From the NCBI GenBank assembly GCA_977017575.1, contig CDRNVI010000026.1, positions 124,001-188,000 of the forward strand: a stretch of DNA of 64,000 nucleotides, read 5' to 3'. This DNA is from Paramoeba atlantica (taxonomy: Eukaryota; Protista; Discosea). Positions 33,816 to 44,344 of this stretch are shown here, one piece after another. Both the position numbers and the translations under genes were made by a program. The notes under the pieces were generated by a model. The model did not search any database. It had not been told where the DNA came from and worked only from the letters and a program-made list of their open reading frames with translations. The number at the start of each line of letters is the position of its first letter. The stretch's first letter is position 1.

Positions 33816-34570
33816 GCTCGCGCGACCCCCGCTAAATAGGGGGGGAAGGTGGTAGTTGTGGGGTATGGAGGCCTCTCGCAACTCGGGGCCTCACCGGGAG
33901 CAAAGGTGAATTTATTAGCCGGTTTATTTCGCAGACGGGTAAACAAGGTCTAGGTTCATTGGCCCGGCCGGCCCCTCCGTGCGTTCGGCCTCTCATTTCC
34001 CCCAAAACAGCTACCACCTTCCCCCCATTTATCTGGGGTCGCTCGCGCGACCCCCGCTAAATAGGGGGGGAAGGTGGTAGTTGTGGGGTATGGAGGCCTC
34101 TCGCAACTCGGGGCCTCACCGGGAGCAAAGGTGAATTTATTAGCCGGTTTATTTCGCAGACGGGTAAACAAGGTCTAGGTTCATTGGCCCGGCCGGCCCC
34201 TCCGTGCGTTCGGCCTCTCATTTCCCCCAAAACAGCTACCACCTTCCCCCCATTTATCTGGGGTCGCTCGCGCGACCCCCGCTAAATAGGGCGGGAAGGT
34301 GGTAGTTGTGGGGTACGGAGGCCTCTCGCAACTCCGGGGCCTCACCGGGAGCAAAGGTGAATTTATTAGCCGGTTTATTTCGCAGACGGGTAAACAAGGT
34401 CTAGGTTCATTGGCCCGGCCGGCCCCTCCGTGCGTTCGGCCTCTCATTTCCCCCAAAACAGCTACCACCTTCCCCCCATTTATCTGGGGTCGCTCGCGCG
34501 ACCCCCGCTAAATAGGGGGGGAAGGTGGTAGTTGTGGGGTATGGAGGACTCTCGCAACTCCGGGGCCTCA
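33816..34570. repeat. 225-bp GC-rich tandem repeat, ~3.3 copies
   Basis: Near-identical units. Each has imperfect inverted ends, and the junction is the hairpin GGGGTCGC-TCGC-GCGACCCC. Confidence 0.92.
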
Positions 34571-34879
34571 CCGGGAGGAAAAGTGAATTTATTTAATTCC
34601 ATTTTTTGGCAATGTTAAGAACCTAAAATTTCTAGTCAACCTCAAATTTCGCGAACACCAACCAAAAATGATCATATTTTTTAAGGCATCAATTTTTTTT
34701 TAATGGGTCAAAAAATTTTTAAGGGCTCGAAAAAAATTGAAGGGCTCGATTTTTTTTTCAAGTTTTATGCCAGATAAAGGTGCAGAATTTATGCAATATA
34801 AAGGTGCAGCTTAATAAGCCATATAAAAGTGCATTATGCAATATAAAGGTGAATTGTGCAATATAAAGGTGAATTATGC

Positions 34880-35956
34880 CAGGGTTCGCAGAAACTATAA
34901 AACTATCAATATAGTACTATATAGTTACTGTAAACATTTTTCGAAAACTATAAAAAACTATATTTTTTTGTTTCACATTTTAGGCACTCCGAAGCTCACC
35001 AACACGCCATAAATACACGGCAAATTCATTTGTGTACGATTTTTCTTATTTTTAAACCCGAAAATTGATGCCCGAAATTAAAGTTACGAGGGGTAGTTTC
35101 TGCAAAGATTATTTTATTGAACTGCTGCACACGGAGGGAAGTAAACAAGCGGTTGAATGTAACTTGTGTCAGGAGGGGACGTACCCCAGTCCCATCGCGT
35201 GGCCTTGGCAGATTGCATTGTGCGAATCTTGCTTCCCGAACATCTTCTCACTGCATCGCTGTCGCCGCGCGTTGGCTGGAGCCACCGACGTTATGTCTTG
35301 GGACTGAACAACTGCTGCTCACAATTCTATGAGTTTGAATAAATACAATCATATGAGTCTGAATAAATTACGCGGTGTGTTGTCGAGTGGAGAGTTTGTA
35401 CTTCCTATCGTCACTCCTTTCGCATGCGTTTCATTGCTATTTCCGAGGAAATGACACACTAGTTGATGATATTTTTCGGCGGTGATGGAATCGCGGGGAA
35501 GAGGGAGGATGTTTCGATAGCTATGTAACCCAGGATAAAGTGGACGAGGGAGGTTTTAAAAGCACCTTTAAACCACCACAAAAATGGAATGATTTCTCCC
35601 GGTTTGTAAAGGATTCCGACGTGCCAAAAGAATCTTTAAGGGACATACCCTTCCATTTTTATGGTGGTTTGCCAAAGGTGCTTTTAGTATCTCCCTCGTC
35701 CACTTTAGCTTGGGTTACATTTTTTTCAGAATTTCTTGTCATATTATACGTATGTAAGCGTGTAAGAACGCATGTAGAGGCGTGTGTATGTCCTTCACAA
35801 GCGGAGAGGACTCAAAAAATATCACTTGTAAAGTGAAAAAAACTTTATAGTTTTCTTATAGTTTTATAGTAAAATATAGTACATATAGTACTATATATTA
35901 ACTATATTCAATGAAAAAAACTATATTTTACTATATTATAGTTTCTGCGAACCCTG
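34880..35956. mobile_element. Non-autonomous hAT element (1077 bp) with 8-bp TSD
   Basis: TIR CAGGGTTCGCAGAAACTATA / TATAGTTTCTGCGAACCCTG; AATTATGC duplicated at 34872-34879 and 35957-35964. Confidence 0.93.
35528..35715. mobile_element. ACCCAGG-family MITE nested in the hAT element
   Basis: TA-ACCCAGGATAAAGTGGACGAGGGAG...CTCCCTCGTCCACTTTAGCTTGGGT-TA; ~60-bp arms. Confidence 0.8.
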
Positions 35957-35995
35957 AATTATGCAATATATAGGTGCAGCTTAGTATGCAATATA

Positions 35996-37460
35996 TATGG
36001 GTGGGCACCTTCAGAGTGGGGGGGTCTAAAATTCGTAAAACTTGTTCAATTTTGGAAAGTAATAGCGCATTCGAGAGCTCTCAAATAGTCTGGTGTAATC
36101 GTAAAAAGCACTCTGCGAAAGTTTACGGGAATCAAAGAAAGCTAGAATGGTCCCAAACACGAATTGCAACTTTATTTTTTAAGCGAAAAAGTCCTTTTTT
36201 TCCAAAAAAAAAAGGTTTGAAGTGCCTCGTATGCACTCTCGATAGAAGAGAGGAGATCTGCGCGATTGCGTGGTCGCATGCGATCCTTGTGCTGATCCAT
36301 GATATTCCACAAGTTTTCGATGGGGTTGAGATCCGGCGACTTTGCGGGCCAGGGGAGCGTTCGCACGTTTTGCTGCTGAAAAGTACGCCTTGCCAAGTTG
36401 TGCGCAGGGCAATTGTCCATAGCAACAACTGCACGGTGCCTGTGTAGGTAGTTCAAAAGACCATTACGCTTGGTCATGGCAGCTTCGAAAACAGCCCCGT
36501 TCACAGTAACTCTATTTCCCTGCTCATCTCTATTAGGAAAAATGTGCAGATGAAATCCATGCTTTATGCTTACCCCCATCCACACCATTATACCATCGCC
36601 CCCTACCCACGCTTCCAGCTCACCTAGCTGCTCTTTTACAGGGTCGGACCGTCGGCAAAGGTAGGTGTTTTTGGTAGACTTCTTGCAGGTAAACTTTTTC
36701 TCATCACACCAAATAATATTATCAAGCTGGTGTTCGCTCCAACCCGACATGTCCTTACAGAATCGGACTCTAACGTCTTTATGCTGTTGGGTTAGTCGTG
36801 GTTTACGCTGAACTACGCGGAGGATAATATCGGGCTTCAAAGCTCGATCCAAAGTGCGTCTGGAACACTGAAACCCTCTGGATAGAAGTTCGCGATGTAG
36901 AGCGCACCATGATTCCACACCATAAGGAAGATCCCGTGTACCCTCATCTACTATGCGGAGTGCTTCTCCGATAAACAGTGATGTCCTAACTGTAAAATTC
37001 AGAAGTCTGGGAATGCTTTCGACATCACCAGTTTCGCTGTAACGAATGACCCATCGCTTCACAGTGCTCTTCGCTACTTCAAAGTGGCGTGCTGTAGCAT
37101 TGTAGGACCCAGAACGAAAGTAATGGTCTACGAGAAGCATGCGATGCGACGGCCTTACCTTCCCAGGTGGTGAATAAGCATCTCTCTGGAAGGGAAACCG
37201 TGATGTTCGCGATCGTACACGTTTCTGAGGCATTAACGGCGCAAAAAAACTAAAAAAAGCCAAAAAAACTGAAAAATTGCATCTTCGGGGAAAAATAAAT
37301 TCCGTGTTTTTCTATCATTTATCTCGAATGTCTAAAAACGGGAAACGGATGTTGCCATTACACCAGACTATTTGAGAGCTCTCGAATGCGCTATTACTTT
37401 CCAAAATTGGTCAAGTTTTACGAATTTTAGACCCCCCCACTCTGAAGGCGCCCACCCCTG
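35996..37460 (-). mobile_element. Tc1-like transposon with ~105-bp TIRs and TA TSD
   Basis: TIR (CAG)GGGTGGGC(A/G)CCTTCAGAGTGGGGGGGTCTAAAATTCGTAAAAC...CAAATAGTCTGGTGTAAT at both ends. Confidence 0.9.
36172..37233 (-). CDS. Tc1-like transposase, DD32E; native C-terminus replaced or truncated
   Basis: WCDEK, AMDNCPAH and WPAKSPDLNPIENLW (32 residues from D to E). It ends TFFFWKK... in homopolymer runs instead of the ...GGHCGY seen in the relative at 28488. Confidence 0.85.
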   Translation of the reverse strand: MPQKRVRSRTSRFPFQRDAYSPPGKVRPSHRMLLVDHYFRSGSYNATARHFEVAKSTVKRWVIRYSETGDVESIPRLLNFTVRTSLFIGEALRIVDEGTRDLPYGVESWCALHRELLSRGFQCSRRTLDRALKPDIILRVVQRKPRLTQQHKDVRVRFCKDMSGWSEHQLDNIIWCDEKKFTCKKSTKNTYLCRRSDPVKEQLGELEAWVGGDGIMVWMGVSIKHGFHLHIFPNRDEQGNRVTVNGAVFEAAMTKRNGLLNYLHRHRAVVAMDNCPAHNLARRTFQQQNVRTLPWPAKSPDLNPIENLWNIMDQHKDRMRPRNRADLLSSIESAYEALQTFFFWKKRTFSLKK

Positions 37461-37799
37461 TAAGTGGCCACTTTTTATGCCAGATAAAGGTGCGAGTGGG
37501 CCTTCGTTCTGGTGTAGGAATGATGCAATTTGAAATTCTCTGTTCTACGGGGGTTGGTTGCGGAGCTCCTATTGCAATACGAAGAGACGTGCGTTCTTCG
37601 CTCTGCTCCGAGACACTCAGATATGTGCCGATGAAGTTCCTGTTGTAGACTCATTCTCCTCCGTTGGCTGTGAATTCGTCTGTGTGTCTCCGCGTCTGCT
37701 TACGCGAGATCGCTTTCCCATAAAGCAAAAAGAGAAATGAAAGTCAGGAAAGAATGTAATCAGATGAAATACTATATTAAATTTGACTAGTTTCGTTTG

Positions 37800-38455
37800 G
37801 TAAGTACATATTATGATTATTTTGCTTTGCACCTGTTGCAAAACGGGTTACCAAAAAAGTGTGCAAGTGGCTAACTTACACGTGTACGTACACACTTACA
37901 CGCGGAAGGTATGTTCGTAGATAACGGTGTGCACCTTGAGACAAGAAGCGGAAACAGACGTGGAACGAGACGGTGATGCAAGATTTTGACTGAGCAGTTT
38001 CTTGGGACCAGCCGGTAATAAGAGATGAAAAATCTTCAGTGGTGTCACTTTAGTCGGTGCTATAACCGGACGAGCAAGAAATTTCATCGTCCGGATCCCA
38101 AGCGGAATCATCACCCATTGAGCCCGTGGTGATGTCTGAAGTAGCGAATAAGCAAGAATGTTCGGGTGATCCCCTAGCCGAGAAATCGGACTCACTATCC
38201 AGCTTAAAGCTAATACTCATGGAGGTGTAATGTTGGCTAAAAAGAAAAAAATCTATAAAAAATGTGATCAAGTAGCAAAGCAGAGCTAAATTATGTATTA
38301 TTAACGGACTAAGCACGTGATGCGTAAACCAAAAACTTTGCGTAATTTTGCACTACATATTACAAGAATACGAGAAACCTAGAAAAAACTGCATCTGAAA
38401 AACTCATTTTATACTTCCTAAAAGTTTGTTGCAAGGATTCGAAACGGGACTGTAA
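37800..38455 (-). pseudogene. Possible remnant of a DD51E-family 5' region
   Basis: Acidic MSISFKLDSESD...DDSAWDPDDEISCSSGYSTD resembles the N-terminus of 15706-17871. AAACGGGACTGTA at ~38443 resembles its TIR. Confidence 0.3.
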
Positions 38456-38939
38456 AATCCAATACAAGTGGGATCTTGCCAGGAGAAATGTTTCAAAAGT
38501 TAAAAAAACTTTAGAGGGACTCTGCAATATTCCTATACCTTATGCAATACAGGGGGGAAATTAAGTTACTGTACCCCCCCGTTTATATAGCCTCGCTTTT
38601 GCTCAAATGAACCTATAAAGGGGGGGCGATTAAAAGTTGGCACGGAAATCACCCTACATTTCATAGCTTGGACTAGTAAACTAGTAATTACTATAGTAAT
38701 TACTAAAGTTACTACTTAAAAAGTAGGAATTACTACTTTTTTTCCCTTAAGACTAGCTTAGACCAAGTAGTTAATTATTGATCTTCCAGCTTTGTACAGG
38801 GGTGTGGCATTACTTTTGGGGCCTTTAGACGAGATAATAGAAGCTTATACTACAAGAATGTTATCATATTGTGTGTCTTCACACGTAAATTTTGCGTACA
38901 ATGTATATTTAATGCGAAGAAAATAGGGGGAGGGGGGGC

Positions 38940-39012
38940 GTTCGATGAATGGTCATGGAACGGGCAGTCCGTTCGATGAATATTCATCGAACAGGACGTC
39001 CTGTTCGATGAA
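38940..39012. repeat. Nested palindromes built from GTTCGATGAA
   Basis: Perfect 22-bp (38971-38992) and 30-bp (38983-39012) palindromes overlap. Confidence 0.85.
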
Positions 39013-39091
39013 CGAATTTTCGCTCCTGAAAATGCGAATTTTCGCTCAAACACCTTGATTCTCAGAAAAGCACGTTGTGGTGCGTCGAGAT

Positions 39092-39114
39092 GTACAGAAA
39101 CAGTATCTTTATCG
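39092..39114 (-). other. SL-like relic
   Basis: Minus strand CGATAAAGATACTGTTTCTGTAC, 22/23 identical to 59943-59965. Confidence 0.6.
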
Positions 39115-39315
39115 CAAAAGGAATAATTCCCTGCATGGATGTTTGTTCAGCGCCCAGAACGATTCTTTTTTATTTCTTTTTTTGTTTTTTTTTTGTTTTT
39201 TTCAGCCAGTCAGGTTTAGTCCTGAGTCCCAGCAAAACAATTTTGAAAACGGAAACCTATGTAATATAATGTCAAGTTGACGACGCCTCGTATTTCGTCT
39301 CTTCATCGGTCTTCC

Positions 39316-39594
39316 TGCCCCTTTCTTATGTGTGTACATTTTTATAAATACTGTCCCCCCTCCCCTTAAGCGCAAAGTGCCCCTTTCTTATGTGTGTACA
39401 TTTTTATAAATACTGTCCCCCCTCCCCTTAAGCGCACCCGGTCAGACCCCCCCGTTTAAGCACACATAGAGTTGAGGTGCGGACTCCGGCGTCGCGAAGC
39501 GGCGCCAAATTGTTTTTTACGTACTGATTCAGACCCCCCGTTTAAGCGCACTTTTCACGGAAAACGAGGTGCGCTTAAAAGGGGGGGACAGTAA
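39316..39594. mobile_element. TACTGTCCCCCC-ended MITE with a 62-bp tandem duplication of its left end
   Basis: 59-bp unit at 39316-39374 and 39378-39436; inverted right end GCGCTTAAAAGGGGGGGACAGTA. Confidence 0.7.
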
Positions 39595-39679
39595 CTTCCA
39601 GTATCTGAGTACCGGCGTTGTGGGGTTCCCAACCAGCTGAATGTGTTGATAGGACCCTACGTCTTCCGGGCACCAGTAA

Positions 39680-39780
39680 CGGTACCAAGCACGTCGCCCT
39701 GGAGAATTCCTGTTTCATTTCGGAAAGAATCCGTATTGCCGTACGGTGTTCGGACTATGCCTTGTAAATTGGAGCACTAT
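39680..39780 (-). pseudogene. LINE RT fragment
   Basis: NLQGIVRTPYGNTDSF...GILQGDVL. Confidence 0.8.
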
Positions 39781-40399
39781 GACGTTTTTCACTCTTAAGT
39801 TAAGAGTCCGAGGGGTACCTCCTCGTGGGACCCCCTTGTGGTCTTTCCTGGCGCTGCTATCTTACCGATAGCACAGACGATTTTCAATAAAGAAAAAAAG
39901 GAAACCGGCAAAATTGAAATAGAAGAAGAGAAATATATGCGGATTTAGAGTCCAAATGTCCAAAGAGAGTGTGTGTCGACTTACATCTAAAATGGCATAC
40001 TGTGACCACACGGCTCGTCAGACCACACACCCCACAACTCCAGCACTTCTATCCGAATCTTTCCCTCCACCATCTGCGTGGACTCGTTGGGCTCGTCTTT
40101 CCAACGAAAAACCGCACGTACTCTTACCACTGGTCGTTCGCCTGTCGCAATCATCAAATTTTTTCTAACGACTGTAGACAACTGTTTTAAAGCTTGGGTG
40201 GGCAACGGCTCGGTAGGCGCGAGGTCGTCTGCACCTGGTGTTACACTTCAAGGGTTACGCAAGGATCCTCATCCGCCCTCGTGTCCACGTATTTTACAGT
40301 CTAGATTTTTTTGCCGTATTATGAGAAAAATTTCACACCCTTTTTTCATCACCCCCCCCTATATTATGGACAAAAGCTGAAAAAGTGTCCATAATAAAG

Positions 40400-40880
40400 G
40401 GACACAGTAATAGCTCGCTGGAGGATCTCCGACCGCTCGAGACCGCGGAGGATACTCAGCTGCCATGACCCTGTTCCGTATAATCCCGCATAGAGGCATA
40501 GATATTGAACAAAGTGCCGGTCACCTCCTCCAGGGGATACTCAGCTCCCATCACCCTATTGCTCACCATCCAAACTTTCTGAAACGCCTGCCGACCAACT
40601 ACATACACGGCGTGTATAGTCATGCCGTTATACGAACCACGTCCGTCGGTCGACTGCAGATAGAGGCGAAAGCACTCTCCTAGGATTTCAACTTTTCTGT
40701 AGAGGATTCCATCATGGTTCAACCTTCGTATTTTGCTTTCCAGAAAATTTGCCTCGTTTCCTGCAGGCACATAACACCAACCACCTTTTCGTGTGTGAAG
40801 GTAAGCACCTCATTCAGATGGGCGTTCGTCTTCCCCTTCTACAACCTATAGAAATTAAACGCTGTAACGTTTAATTCCTT
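40400..40880 (-). pseudogene. LINE AP-endonuclease fragment
   Basis: LNVT..., VMCLQETR, LYLQS...YNG, RVMGAEY...GTLFNIYA; colinear with APE at 27805-29250. Confidence 0.8.
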
Positions 40881-41437
40881 GCGAACACGCTTGCTCTGAT
40901 TGCGTCTAGAAATTTTGATACGCAAGGCACAGGTTTCGTCTTTTTGCATTTACACAACCGTCCCCTTTTCCGGTCCCCATCGCCGATCGTGTATTACCGC
41001 GATGATTCCTTCGAATAGGATTCCTTCGAATTCCACAAATTTTATTACGCACTTACGGGATAATAAGTCCCGTATAATAATAATAATATTATAGGGGACT
41101 ACAGGCTATAGTTCAAAGTTATCTCTGGCGATTTCAGAGTCGAAGTTTCAGACCCTCATATGATCTACCCGTGTCGTGTGGTTAAGGGCATTGTGAGGCA
41201 ACCTTGTTCACTATGCGTAAAACGCAATATGAAAAAGAAAAGTACAATTTAATATTAATTTTTCTTTGAGGCGCGACAATCTTACACCATTGATTGTCAT
41301 GCATCCCTCTTTGGCGAAAAAGATTATGACTTAACAAATATATTGTAGCACTGTAATATTTTAATTTTTCACTGTACTTTTTGTTGCCTTAGTACCTATC
41401 GTGTACTATAATTTCTTAATTGATTCTTAGTCATCCG

Positions 41438-42214
41438 ATGCCTCCAAAATCAACCCCGAGTGTAAAGCAGTTACAGAAAAAGCAAGACAAAATGGTGGAG
41501 GATAAAACATTTGGACTTAAGAATAAAAACCGATCCAAGACTGTTCAGAAATACATTTCCTCCATTTCTCAGAATGTGAAAGGTTCTAACAACCCGGAGA
41601 TCAAGAGAAAACTCGCAGAAGCTGACGCCAGAAAAAGAGCGAAAGAGGAAAAGGGGCGCAAAGAGCAGGAAATGGCTCGCCTTTTTCAAGATATTAAAAT
41701 GCAGAAAGAAAAGAAAACCGAAGACAATACACAGGAGCTCCCAAAAGTTTACAACGAAGAAACGGGTGAGTACATGTGGCAACCAGAAGATTTTACAGCA
41801 GTGGAACATGATAGCCGTAGGTTAGAAGAACAACTCGAAACGGAGCTCGAACAGGTGCGTGCGATGCCACTAGATACAAGAACTCCCGTCACCGCAGAAA
41901 GTTTCCAGGAGTGGAAGCGATTAAAAAAGAAGGAGGAAGGAGATAAGGCCTCTCGTGCATTGAAGAAAGATTTGAAGGAGTATGAAAAGAAGGGTCATGG
42001 TATTACGGGTCGCAATTTATGGCAGCATGATGCTGCATTGTTTGTTGACGATGAGAACGCGGCCAGTGTCGTAGATTATGAAAATGAGGAGGAATATTTG
42101 GCAAATGAGAGTGATATGTGCGCGAAAATGCGTCAGAATGTGAGAGAAAACGCTCATGTCGGAAGCTTTGACAGTTCTCTTTTCGACGGTTCGGAAGTCC
42201 TACCGGAAGAGTAG
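41438..42214 (+). CDS. ZC3H15: ZC3H15/Tma46 (DFRP1)-like DRG1 partner lacking CCCH zinc fingers
   Basis: N-terminal MPPK...EDKTFGLKNKN...QKYI and DFRP-like LEEQLETE...TPVTAESFQEWK...GITGRNLW. An upstream pyrimidine tract and AG at 41429-41430 form a likely trans-splice acceptor. Confidence 0.85.
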   Translation: MPPKSTPSVKQLQKKQDKMVEDKTFGLKNKNRSKTVQKYISSISQNVKGSNNPEIKRKLAEADARKRAKEEKGRKEQEMARLFQDIKMQKEKKTEDNTQELPKVYNEETGEYMWQPEDFTAVEHDSRRLEEQLETELEQVRAMPLDTRTPVTAESFQEWKRLKKKEEGDKASRALKKDLKEYEKKGHGITGRNLWQHDAALFVDDENAASVVDYENEEEYLANESDMCAKMRQNVRENAHVGSFDSSLFDGSEVLPEE

Positions 42215-42959
42215 TCCATATGAATCGACAGTGCGAACAGGTACATCATTTTCAACACAGCCACCGTATTCACTTTGTAAACCAGATTTTCCTAATTTTG
42301 TTTACCTTCTACATACCGCCGTGTGATACGTGCTAGACGTACGGATTGTTAATTACATGCAGTATGAAGCCATACGCTTCTTTGTAGTAGAACTTAGTTC
42401 CCGAAATCAAAGTTTAATCCTGTGTGTTCTATTCTTTTAAATATTTTCCTCAGAATTCGTATTATTTTTAAACTTTCTTAGACTTCGTATTCACGTGCCA
42501 CAATGTAATGCATGTCTTATTCAAACATTCTACGATTTTGTGAGCGAGGTTGCGCCTGGTATATGGTCTTGGTAACCAACCTCGACGGTACGGATGCGTC
42601 GATGTGGCTACTATAGATTCCACTGGATTGAATTTCGAAGTGCCGGTCTCAGAACTACCCTCGGTACGGGATTCTCTGTATCTAGCGAAAGGCCACTTGC
42701 GAGGCTGCTGCAACGAGGTCGTCCCATAGATGTCTGGTCTCCCAGTTTCCGTACTTGTATGGAACACTTTTCAAAGATATCGCGGGGCTCTGTGTGGACC
42801 AGCTCTATGTGGACCAGTTCTTTTTCCTTAAAACAAAAGGGGGCGCTAAATGGCCTAAATGGGGGCGCTACTTATGGCTGACACTTTACATACAATACGT
42901 AATTGTATTTTTTCGTGCGAATCGGTGACAATTACGTAGGGGGATACAGTATGCTTAAT

Positions 42960-43291
42960 TTATTTATTCATTTCGTTTATTACTTTTACATTGTATATAT
43001 TACTTGGATCTGAAATTAATTGTGGAACGGGTGCTTCCTTTTGAGGGGACAAAGAGTCAAGGCTGGTATCGTCATCAGCTCCGCACGATACATCGGAGTT
43101 AAGACTCTTTATTTCCCCTACCGCTTCTAAAGCCTTTGCATCTACCCCAAGCGACAATGGTCCATTTCCTTGCGCTTCGGCACTATTTTTCCGGTGTTCT
43201 CTGGGAATCTGAGTATGCCTGAAAAACAATTAACTAAAAACAAGTCTCGCAGCTCTTTCAAGGTTGGTCCCATTTTTCGTAAACGGGGTTG
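42960..43291 (-). pseudogene. Remnant of the DD51E family (TIR plus internal transposase segment)
   Basis: TIR AGGTTGGTCCCATTTTTCGTAAACGGGGTTG-TA. LGVDAKALEAVGEIK...PQLISDP aligns with PGFDAKLLEAIRDIK...NQLIPDP of the 721-aa ORF. Confidence 0.75.
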
Positions 43292-44344
43292 TACAAAAAA
43301 AAATCGGCGCCGCTTCGCGGCGCCAATTTCTACGAAGCTTTGAATTTAAACACTAAATAGGAGGGACAAGGTACTAAATAGTAAATAGGGGGGAGACGGT
43401 ACATGTATTTATTATTTAGACATGGATACTTATGCGGTAGTATTACTTTTTCTACTAGAAAAATCGATGGGGGACGATAAAGTACGCGCGAATATGGTAA
43501 ACGAGATATCACTTTTCTATGTGGCTACTTTGCAGGCTATCGGATGTGAAAGCGGAAAAGACACGAAACAAACCAATGAACGACTCAAGAAAACAAACTA
43601 TTCCTTAGTTCGTCCAAAAATAGAGAAGCACGTAAAGACAAATTAATAAGTATGATGCACATTTTTTACAGTGAATTGTACATACAAGCAGGCTTTAATA
43701 AGTGTTATTTTTCTAATCTTGCCGTTGAGTTTTTATTTGACTTGCCTTCCATATACGTACAGAGATCGCATTAAGTATCCGTTGGCGACATCCTTTTCGA
43801 GCGGATCATGTGCTGTTGAAATGGGCCGTCGCGTCACTGGTCTTGTCTTTGCCCATCAACCTCGACGAGCGCATAAACATCAAAATTCTCCCCATTTTCT
43901 ATTGAATGCTCTACCCCCCCTTTTGTTTAGAGTTTTTGGTAGTGTTGTTTTGGTTTTTTGAGCGGAGGGAGGAATTCGTTTTTAAGAAATCTGTTCTTGC
44001 CCTGTTAGTCTCACTAATAAAGGGCATCAAAATCTATGATTTTTCTAGGGTGGCAAAAAGCTTCCTTTAAAAAAATCGTTTTTACTTTTACAAAACATTG
44101 TAAGGTACCTCACAAAACATGTAAGGTGTCGGAACAAACCAAGGTCGCTCGACTGAAAAGAACAACAGACTCGAGACGATTGCGTCGAAAAACGGTGGTA
44201 TGTAAAATATTCCCAAAATTGAATAACAAGGGAATGAAGCCGCCCTGGGTACGTACCTTACTACTATTAGGGATGCTACTCATTTAGTAGTACTAAAGCA
44301 AATAGTTTTTTTAGATTTCTAAAGCGGACGAAAAAGTGAAACTC

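Larger units (their letters stand above)
32215..37500. mobile_element. Fold-back-type element with modular arms, hosting two Tc1-like elements and a hAT MITE
   Basis: Left-arm CACCTTTATATTGCATA units (32215-32383, 33711-33810) versus inverted right-arm TATGCAATATAAAGGTG units (34765-34879, 35957-35995, 37461-37500). The right end is GGTGCGAGTGGG. Confidence 0.72.

Noticed and set aside
33832-34511. Repeated 61-95 aa ORFs in the 225-bp array
   Set aside because: They start at non-ATG codons, follow the repeat periodicity, and are broken by single-base indels between units.
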